Below, piece by piece: positions 12,179-23,009 of a stretch of 63,850 nt of DNA (its first letter is position 1; each line of letters starts with the position of its first letter). The DNA is from Octopus bimaculoides (lineage: Eukaryota), in the NCBI RefSeq assembly GCF_001194135.2, contig NC_069001.1:37577308-37641157 (forward strand). Direction: 5' to 3'. Made by a program: the position numbers and the translations under genes. The notes below the pieces were generated by a model. The model had not been told where the DNA came from. It made no database searches and was given only the letters and a program-made list of their open reading frames with translations.

Positions 12179-14649
12179 CTCTAGTATTGAGTTCTCTTTA
12201 TACCATCGTCATCATCATTTTAACACCCATTTTTCCATGCTAGCACAGTCGAGAGTTTATTAAGGCAGATTTTTATAAGTCAGATGCCTTTCTTGTCTCA
12301 AATCTTCACTTGTTTCCAAGCAAGATAATATTTACCCAAGGCCAGACATGTTTTTGCAGAATATTGGAAATCAATGACATTGTTCGTATAATGGAGAAAA
12401 CTTGCTTATAACTATCAGCATGGAAGACAAACATATAATGGTGCAGTTGGTATATATGTGTGTGTATATATGTGCGTTATTGAAGCTTAAGAGCCAACCT
12501 AAGCAAGGACTAGCTCTGAAGAAATCAAAATTTGACTGAAACGCATTTTGTGATATCTAAATATAAACCTAAGACTTCTTGAAGGTTTTCATTGAGTTTC
12601 TGACTATATATGTATGGTACTGCAAAATATATCAAAGTTACCAAATAGACAAAAAAAAAAAATGGTCCCAATAAAACAGTAGATACTTTCAAGTAGATTC
12701 AATAAAGAAACAAACAGAGGCCCCGGCCCTGATGTAACCCCAAAAGTGACAACATGACAGGACCATGTGGCCCCTGCAACTGCTGCTCACTACAACCACA
12801 AAAGATCCCTTGATACTGTGAGTCTGATAGCCAGTGGCCTCTGCCTAATATATGAGAGCAACTCTCAATGACAACTTGGCACTGTGGGTCTGCTAACCAG
12901 TGACCCCTACACATGTATAGCTGTCTAATGGAGAATTAGGCAGTCACATGATAACATGGCTCTCTCAAGTCCTGCTAGACCTGAGCTGCCCTCGCTTCAT
13001 CAAGTACAACTCATACCTGATGTACTTGTGTGACACATGTCTGATAGAGGACTCAGCCACTTTGATCTGTTCAGTGACTTGATGATGTCCTAGACCTGTT
13101 GGACAAACTCATTTGTCCTGATGTCTGACACCTGAGAATGTTTCTTTCTCTTAGCAAGACATGACTCCCCCCACCCCCAGCCCAGATTCTATTATCTTTC
13201 CTGACCCTGATCACAAAGGAACCTGGCTCTGTTCAAGAAGCTGAGTCTCTGTCGTTAACAGTTACAGCCATGAACCTGACATGCTTTATATTTTTTTGCA
13301 TTAGATTACAATCCACCATGTTGATGCTAGAATTTGGTACATACCACACAGCTCTACATTAGCTTTTCTGTCATTTGTGACCAACTAAAGTTTGTTTACA
13401 AATATCCAGAGAAACCTCTGTGTGTGTGGTAGGATGTATTTAATATTTATGTTCCATGCTAGTATGGGCTGGACAATATGATAGGATTTGATGGGCACAA
13501 AGCGATCCTTGTTTTGTGAGCTTGTGGGTGCAGGTGCCACATAAAAAGCACTTGTTTCAGCGTCATGTGAATTGCACCCATGACAGTGCCACATGAAAAT
13601 TACCGTGTTGGTTCCACTTATAAAGCATTGGTGCCGATGCCATGTAAAAAGCACCCAGTACCCTCTGTAAAGCAGTTGGTGATAGGAAAGGCATCCAGCC
13701 ATAGAAACCATGCCAAAACAAACTATTAGTGCTTGGTGCCAGCTCCTGTCAAACTGTCTAACCCATGCCAACATGGAAAACAGACATGATGCTGAAGAGA
13801 CATACGAAAATTAAATAGGTAGGAATGTTTGTTTGTTTTGTTATTATTGTGTCCGTTCAGTTTTTCGCCATTCAGTATTGTGCCCATTTGGCTTCTTGGC
13901 TTCGACTTCTTGTCCTTCGGCAAAAATGCATTTGGCTTCCTGTCCATGCATGAAGCAGACACTGAAGTTTGGTGCAGACCTCTGGCTTACCAGCTCCTAT
14001 TAAACTGTCCAACCCATGCTAGCATGAAAAACAGACATATGATGTTTTCCTATTCTTGTATGAGACAACATTTTATGGCTGGATTTTCTTCCTGTTACAA
14101 ACCCTTACTCTTTTTTTTTGCCATTTAATTGTTAAATGGCAGTGCTCCAGCATGGCTGCAGCTCTCAAACTGAAACTAATAAAAAAAAAATGTCCAGAGT
14201 GACCAATCATAATGTCAACCAGCATTGTGTCAATGTTCCATTTTGACAGTGACAAGTGAAACTACCAAATATCAGCATGCATGCACACAGGAGTGCATGC
14301 GCGTGTGCACACACACACACACACACGCACGACAGGCTTCCATACAGTTTCCATTTAACAAATCCATTCACAAGGCATTGGTTGGTCATCTCGGTTCATA
14401 GAAGACACTCATTTAAGATGCCATGTAGTGAGATTAAACCAAAAACCATATGGTTGCCAAGTAACCATACAATCATGCCGGCACCTGTTAAAGTATATTG
14501 TTGTTGCTAGTGTTGACCTTCCGACATCTCATTACATTATTCATGTTAGTGCTAGATAGGTTGACAAGAAAGGGTTAATTGTATATGGTTAATGAACCGA
14601 GCATTAATTACTGTCAAACCATGCTTTTGTATACGTAGATCCTTTGTGT

Positions 14650-14715
<66 letters not shown>

Positions 14716-14760
14716 ATTGACACAATCACACAGAAAAAAAACATCAACACAGATTAATAG

Positions 14761-14792
<32 letters not shown>

Positions 14793-16778
14793 TACTGAGA
14801 CAAGCAAACAATATGAGAAAGAGAGAGATGGAGTATTGACACACGTAAGAACAGATGTAGACAGAGTATGGACACGCAGACAGCGGAAGAGAGAGTAAAG
14901 AAGACAGGGGTAGAGAATTAGAGGAGGAGAAGGTATTAATATAATCACAGACAGTATTAAATTGACACAAACAATTAGAGGCAGAGAGACGGAGATCATT
15001 GACACAGACAGAACAACACAACAAAGTCTGTCAGACAAACACAGACGGTACAACTGAACTTGTCAAACATACACAAACAAGCTATCAAACAGACGTTATC
15101 ACACAGATACAAACAACCTGTCTGTCTCAAACATAACACCAACTTATCTATGATTCAGTAATTAAGTTTACTTCCCTCTCAGTCTACATCATAGGCAGCA
15201 GTCAACTTCCAGTGGTGTTTATTCTATTGTATTGGTCAAATTCCTCGAGACCAATTTAAGTTAAAGCATTCACTTATACAAACATAATCACTGCTTTGTA
15301 GTACTTTCTACCATTTCTCAAATAATAGATGTTACTCATTAGAAGTTGTTAAAAGCCAACTAGAAGCAACTTGGCATTTCTTCATAGATTCTTCAGCAAA
15401 TACTTTTAATTACAATTACGCAACATTAATTTGTCATCATTTATGGTATCTCATCCTCATCGTTATCATATTATTTATTTGTTCAAGTTCTCTACTGAAA
15501 TCTCAAAGTGAATTACCCCTGCACTCTTACGAGGCCCTTTACTGCTGTGTAACGTCTATCAAATCCATTCACAAGGCTTTGGTCAGCCTGAGGCTATAGT
15601 AGAAACCACTTGTTCAAAGTACCACAAACTGGGGCTGTACCCATGGCCATATATTTGGGAAGCAAATGTTTTACTACACAGCCATGCCTCATTTTATGAA
15701 TTTTAGAAATGATTCGCATTTCATCCTTTCGGGGTCAATGGAATAAGTTGCAGTTGATCACTGGGGTCAATGGAATCAATAAATTCTCTCCTTCAAAATT
15801 TCAGGCCTTGTGCTGATCAGCAAATAAAAAATTACTACTAGGACCAGGCACGGTCCCAGGAACTTTTCGAAGCGAGGGCACAAGGTCAGAAGGGAATACA
15901 ATTCCAGGAGTAAAGGGGCGTAATAACATTATTTAGAAGTGCCCGTACCCCTCAGGACTCCGCACCTCCCTTGAGTCCGCCCCTGAGGACAGTAGATTAG
16001 CGGAATCATAAGAGCGTCGGACAAAATGCATTGCAGCATTTGTTCCAGCTTTTTACATTCTGAGCTCAAATTTTTATGGAAGTGGAAAAATAATCTTTTC
16101 TCACTACTACTACTACTACTACTTCTTCTTCTACCCACCACCAACACCACCACAACAACAATGTTTTCAAATTTTGCCACAAGGCCAGCAAGTAGGAGTA
16201 AGTCATTTCATCGACCCAAATATTCAACTGGTGCTTATTCATTTTCTCTTCAGCTTCGCCCCGTCAGCGTTGGTCAAACAAACCACCGCCAGTCCCGCGG
16301 CATCACGGAAAGATGAGTCGTAAAGCTAACTGACGTTCAAACAGGATTCGAACTCAGAAACTCTCCACACAAGGCGAAGCAGTGAGCGACATGTCACGCC
16401 TAAACCGGCCTGTCGATCACAAGAAGGTAATTAATTGTAGATTGGGGAGTTATGTCGGTCGTCGCCTTTTAGCCAAAGCAATGCCGTGTGACAGAACTAA
16501 CGCAACAGGAAGGAATATTTCACACTTGTTATGGCTACAGTTGTTATTTAACCCTAGGTCAGCGAGCCGACCTGATGGTCAAAGGTATAACAATCGCGCC
16601 ACCGTCTCATCCATTAAGGAATAACAATGGACGTTATTTAGACACTTTTGCAGGTATCAAGAGAGAAGTAGAATGGAATACGACGAAATACAAATCGGAG
16701 CGTTTATAGTGTTTGGTTGGGACATTTCTATAGCACGATGTACACACAGACACATATTCATGTGTGTGTGTGTGTGTA

Positions 16779-16920
16779 ACAAATTAGCACGAAGCGTAAG
16801 GAAGCAGAAAAGCATCAACCTGCTAGAAATAAGAGCTAAAGTCTTAAACCACCAAGACTTTAGCTCTTATTTCTAGCAGGTTGATGCTTTTCCGCATCCT
16901 TATGCTTCGTGCTAATTTGT
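16779..16920. repeat. Near-perfect hairpin / fold-back (67-bp arms, 8-nt loop)
   Basis: 16779-16845 vs 16854-16920: 64/67 complementary by hand alignment. Confidence 0.9.
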
Positions 16921-16930
16921 AATATATCTG

Positions 16931-16961
<31 letters not shown>

Positions 16962-17081
16962 TACGATCGCAATATTAACAACGACTGAGCCAAGACAGAA
17001 TTGTATGAACATTGTGTGTGTGTGTATAAACATAAATATAAGTTGCTTTTATATAAAGATAGATGGATATATATACACAAT

Positions 17082-17172
17082 GGCGGAGGTAAAGAATACG
17101 CACACCACCCGGTATCGGTGTAACCCTAAACCTGAGTTCGAACGCCGGGTGTGCGTATTCTTAACCTTTGCC
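17082..17172. repeat. Imperfect hairpin
   Basis: GGCGGAGGTAAAGAATACGCACAC...GTGTGCGTATTCTTAACCTTTGCC, plus an inner ACCCGG/CCGGGT pairing. Confidence 0.8.
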
Positions 17173-17215
17173 GGAAAAATAGAACTCAAAATATGAGAAT
17201 ATGTATATTTTTAAT

Positions 17216-17721
17216 GGTAGAGATGGACTATATGTAATCTGAACCTTTCCCCCCCTTATTTATTAATTTTTTTTTTACGGAATCCCACGTTTTAGGCTAT
17301 GGAGATTCCGATTCTGAAAAAAAAAATTTTGAAAAANNNNNNNNNNNNNNNNNNNNNNNNNNNNNNNNNNNNNNNNNNNNNNNNNNNNNNNNNNNNNNNN
17401 NNNNNNNNNNNNNNNNNNNNNNNNNNNNNNNNNNNNNNNNNNNNNNNNNNNNNNNNNNNNNNNNNNNNNNNNNNNNNNNNNNNNNNNNNNNNNNNNNNNN
17501 NNNNNNNNNNNNNNNNNNNNNNNNNNNNNNNNNNNNNNNNNNNNNNNNNNNNNNNNNNNNNNNNNNNNNNNNNNNNNNNNNNNNNNNNNNNNNNNNNNNG
17601 AGGTTTTTGAAAATTTTTTTTTCAGAATCGGAATCTCCATAGCCTAAAACGTGGGATTCCGTAAAAAAAGAAAATAAAACAAGGGGGGAAAGGTTCAGAT
17701 TACATATAGTCCATCTGGACC
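17216..17721. mobile_element. Non-autonomous DNA transposon with ~115-bp TIRs and 8-bp TSD (TTTTTAAT); centre is an assembly gap
   Basis: The TIRs start GGTAGAGATGGACTATATGTAATCTGAACC (left) and GGTCCAGATGGACTATATGTAATCTGAACC (right, reverse complement). TTTTTAAT is present at both 17208-17215 and 17722-17729. Confidence 0.8.
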
Positions 17722-18242
17722 TTTTTAATATTTAGCAGAAGTAACAGAGTGACTCAAGGTCCGAGAGTTTCGTGCGTTGGCAATTATTCATATCTACATA
17801 TATGTGTATATATTCATATTAACACGCACACACGCATGTATGTACGTGCATAGGTGTGTGTGTGTGTGCAGCGTCGTATTGACAATGTCGTTAATCCACC
17901 GGATGGAAATGCCTGTCAGTAATTGTCCAACTCGCTACGCTCAGAGTTCAATCCCTCCTAAGATCACAACTTCCCCTTCCGTCCTCCAAGGTTCCATAAA
18001 ATAAGTGACAAGATCAGTGCGATGTCCGTCCACTTGGAATAAAGCATTCAAAGATCAATCTGAGACAGCAATATAAAAGAAAAAGAATATGCATTCTCCC
18101 TTTAGAAATCTGTACTCTTTGTACTCCATAGAAAGATAAATTCATTTGTCAATATATACAAATATCTCTATGAATGTTCATGTGTGTTTATCTTATGAAT
18201 ATATTCAGTTTTTGTATATCTCTCTCTATATCCCCATATATA

Positions 18243-18297
<55 letters not shown>

Positions 18298-18452
18298 CTT
18301 AATCATGCTTATCTGCATCGCCATCTACACACACACACACACAGGTCCTGAAGGGCCCGAATTTCAGCTTATCCCTCTCTATCCCAGTATACCAGCTGAC
18401 AAGGGACAATGCAAGGAGACTATAGTTTCCTGTACATTCACTCGACGAAAGA

Positions 18453-18487
<35 letters not shown>

Positions 18488-19033
18488 GCGGACATTTATA
18501 TCGGTGAGTTGTGCATAAATCTGGGAAAAAAAGAAGCTCATGGTAAAATCTTTTGGACAAGTAATATCTAATGCAGTCGTTGGTTATGGCCGGTTAGGAA
18601 GTTACCTTTGGTTTCACGTCTGTTATTGCTCTTGGCGATATTGGAGACACATCAAAGCCGCTGGCCGGAGACGGACATCTTTACTATACACACACACACA
18701 CACACACACAGAAACAGAAACATATTTTTTTTAAATGGGTACAAAAGACATGTACGTTTTTCATTTTTGTTCTTTCTGCTGCAGTTAAATAGCAGTCACT
18801 TAACACATCACCACTGATTCATCTTATAATGCATAGTTAGACTGTATATATGTGTGTGTGTGTGTGTATATATATACACACATACACACGCATAATCTGC
18901 AAGTAAACATGTAGTTACATACACACAGAAGTTCCCTATCTGGGTGCTTTATACATATGTGTTTGTTTAAAAACGCATACTATATACGTCACTACGTATA
19001 CCAAATGTATGCATGTTTATTATACAAAGGTGA

Positions 19034-19088
<55 letters not shown>

Positions 19089-22000
19089 AAGGTGCCTATA
19101 ATATAATGTGTTGTAGCTATATACATTATATCTATAGCTATAGAGTCAAAAATATGTGGATGGATAGATAGATAGATAGATATAGATAGACAGATAGATG
19201 GATACAGAGAGAGAGAGATCTTTTTTTTTTACAAACGTCGATATGTATTACATACAAAGCTCCATCTGCGTGTATATACTAGAATCTACTAGCGTAAAAA
19301 CATTATACACACATGCATACACAAACAAATATACATAAATATATATATATATAGACAGGCACAAAGCTTTCTACACATATAACAGCTAAATATAAATTTA
19401 TCTGCTGTCACTGGCTTCTCACACACTCTCAACTCGTATAAACACATCACATATGCATGTATGTATATATGTGTATCTATCTGGCTTTCCATGCATATAT
19501 AATGTGTGCGCGCGCAAAACGCTGTGTGTGTGTGTATGTGTGTATGTGTGTGTGTGTGTGTGTGTTTTGATTTGCGTGTGATGTTGAGTGGGGAAACGAA
19601 TGACATACGGAACAGAGGTGGGGGGGGGACGGCGGCTTTCCTTACCTAAATGCGTCGCGTAAATTGTCCGAATGTTCCATGGATGTATCCAGATATCTCT
19701 CTCTGTGTTTTTCTGTATCTCCGTGTGTGTCAGAGCTAAAATATCGGATGAAACAGACTCGGAAAGCTGTTTCCACAACCGCGTCCTCCGTCTTTGGGAT
19801 AAGCGACTGACAAGCTCCTGAAGCAGACAGACGGCAAGGGACGTAATTGTGCAAGACTTCCTGTCGACATCGGGGCGGTTCCCTGCCCTGCAAAACAAAA
19901 ATAAATAAATAACATAATATTAGCGTTAAGCTGACACAAAAATTGAGCTAAGAGAAATAACTCGAAATGGCCAGTGACATGTATTTGAATAACAGACAAA
20001 TACTGGTTTGTTAAATGCTTTGCAACAAAAATTCTTTATTTATCAAAATAATCACCGCCTCTGGAAGATGTATCATAGTTACCAAATTGCAAGTATAACC
20101 AGCTCCCATTGAGGAGGGGAGATAATCTATAGATTTAAGGGTTCTCCAAAATTGACATTAAGGAAAGGCATATTGTTTGAACAAAGCCTTTTTATTTATT
20201 TATTTATTTATTTCCTATTTTACCGCAGATGATATGGCAGTGTACATGAGCCAATTGCTAGGTGTTTGTCAATATTTGCTGTTGGTTGAGGCTGTGTATA
20301 AATGATTTAACAACACCTTGATAACATGTAGATGTGATTTATTAACCCCACACAAGTCATATGAAGTTTGTCTTGCATTACAAAGTATCCATGTAGTGTG
20401 AACAAGATGAAAGAAATATAATGCAACATGCAAAGTTGCTAAATATCAAATTTTAGATTAAACACAAAGAATATATATACTGCTATATTCATACACAGCT
20501 TCATGTCTACCACCACAAATTGCATGTCAGTTTAAGCATGCAGTTGTTAAAAAGTGTGAAGACAATTACTCTGGCCTGGCATCTACGACATTCTGCAAAT
20601 TGGTGCTCAAAATGGACTTTATTCATAGGCTTGGTCTGGAGAAAACTCTGGAGAGACTATTTCGTGAAAACTAGCTTCAGATTGGCGCTGGTAACTTGGC
20701 TTCACACGTGGTTTGAAGTCCCATAATTGTGACAACTCAGGTTCAAGTCTACTAAAAGCCTCAACAGAGCCTCTGAAATTGGTGGCAGGGATGGAGAGAA
20801 GCATCACTAAAATGTGAGACTTGGTCTAAATGCTTGCAGGATAGTAGATTCCACAAAAGACCCCCATGTCACCACGTGGTAATATTAAATGGGGTGATGG
20901 GTTAATTCTACCACTCTAAGTTGGCCACAGTAGATTTGAACTGAGACCTGGTCCAACATTCTTAGACTTCCACCAATCCACGCTCTTAGATTGCTCCTTT
21001 TTTATCAGTCCCTGAAAGGAAGAAAGTACCCATGATTCACTTGGATTCTTCACTGAGGTGTTGGAGCAGCTGCCTTTCAAGGTCCCTTACATCATCATCA
21101 TTTAATGTCGGTTTTCCATGCTGGCATGAGTTCAATGGTTGGACAAGAGTTGGCAAGGCCAAGAGCCATCTCTTTTGTCATAGTTTCAAAGGGTGGATGC
21201 CCTTCCTAATGCCAACCACATTATAGACTGGCACTGGGTGCTTTCATGTGGCATCAACACCAATGCTTTTTACATGGCACCAACACCAACAGGCTCACCA
21301 AGTACATTACAAGATAAATTATGAATGGAATTAGAATTGAACACAAGAATAACCATGAAATCCTGTAAGAGTTTGTGACATGTAGCATAGCCAAAGGTGG
21401 ATGGGCCACCCCAGGTGACACTTTTATGGAGACAGCACTTTTGGGTCAACTGTATAAACTTGTATAGCAATGGTGTGTGGTGGTGGGGGAGACACAGCAA
21501 ACTCAAAGGCCAACCCGGGTGGCACACACTCCAGCTATTCCACTGAATGTGATGGACTTTATACAGTTTCTGCCTACCGAATTCCACCCACAGAGTATTA
21601 ATTGTCCAAAGATGTCTGCCCCATGTTCCACCCAATGGGATTGACCCTGCAACCAGATGGTTGTGAAGCAAGCTTCTTAACCACACAGCCAATATCTTTA
21701 TTTGTCTAAAAACTGATATAGACAATCAGATAAACATTGAGAAACAACAGGAAACATGGTAATATTTTCAAAAATCACATTTATTAAACATTTATAAAAC
21801 AACAATAACAGACAGAAACAATGCTGGGATTTGAACCAAGAATCTGTTGATTGCTGGGTCTCTTGGTTGTTTCTCTCTCAAATACAGAGCTAATATCAAT
21901 GTAATATTGCATAGTTTGTGAATTAATGGCTAAGATTTTAGATTTTAAAATAATTGATTTCAAACATTATAGACAGAAATATGAGGGGAATAGATAGAGA

Positions 22001-22703
22001 GATAGATAGATAGACAGACAGACAGCAAGGGGAGGATAAGAAAGAGAGAGAGAGAAAGAGATAGGGCCAACAGGTCCCTACAGGACAGATTCAGCAAACA
22101 ATAGATAGATTTTAAGTCATTTCCTTTCCTTCAGGACCTTTTGCAGAACTCCAAGACTGGATGAAGAGAGGAAGAATCTCCAGACTGGAGGTTCAAATAC
22201 ATCAAAGTTTTGTCTGCTAAAGATACCCAGGGGCAAGTAGATGGTGTTAAACTGGATGAAAAAAATAAAACCCCATCTAGCACCAGGTATAACACTACTA
22301 AAGGGTCCAAGATCCAGGTGGTTGTGTTAAAACCAGGCAAATGATTAAAGGTATCACCCATACAAAATTCCATAAACTCCAATGAAGGTACCCCAGGGTA
22401 AAGAGTTGGTGGTGGTGTAAAACTGTATTGAATATCTGCCACCCACTTCTCTTGCTCTTGTTTATTCTGTCTTAAAATGGTAATTTTTATGCATCATTAT
22501 ACATAAAAATCAACAATTTGAGAAGTATTGAAAAAAATTTGCAAAAATTAATTCAATATGAATAATTGGAACAAAAATATACATTGTCTAATGTCCAGAA
22601 AGCATCAGTCAGGTCATTATATAATAACACTTTCATTGGACTGGCATCCTGGCTGTTAACAAGTAGAACAGAAATATATTTTGTGTAGTTTCTTGTACAA
22701 TGA

Positions 22704-22892
22704 TCAGGTTGTTACATAGTTCTGTGGTTGGACTGGCATGGTGACTGTTAATAACTGAAATGGAGATAAAAAAACAACAGTTAAAGTTTGCTCTGCATTT
22801 CAAAGTGATGTAATGATTACATTGTTCAATTAAATGGAGTTGCATGAAACGATCGTACTGCATTACCTCTGGATATCCTTGTTGCTTATTTT

Positions 22893-22930
<38 letters not shown>

Positions 22931-22976
22931 AAGTAGTTGTATACTGCCAACTTAACGTGACAGTCCCAATAAGGGA

Positions 22977-23009
<33 letters not shown>

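Noticed and set aside
13075-13140. TGATGA...CTGA C/D-box snoRNA-like motif
   Set aside because: There is no terminal stem or recognisable rRNA guide, and it is not within an identified same-strand host intron.
18575-18605. VVGYGRLG Rossmann-like motif (+) and PCTVIY (-, about 10510-10540) reminiscent of ASPDH
   Set aside because: The two pieces are on opposite strands, lack supporting splice sites and have no further matching exons; most likely chance.
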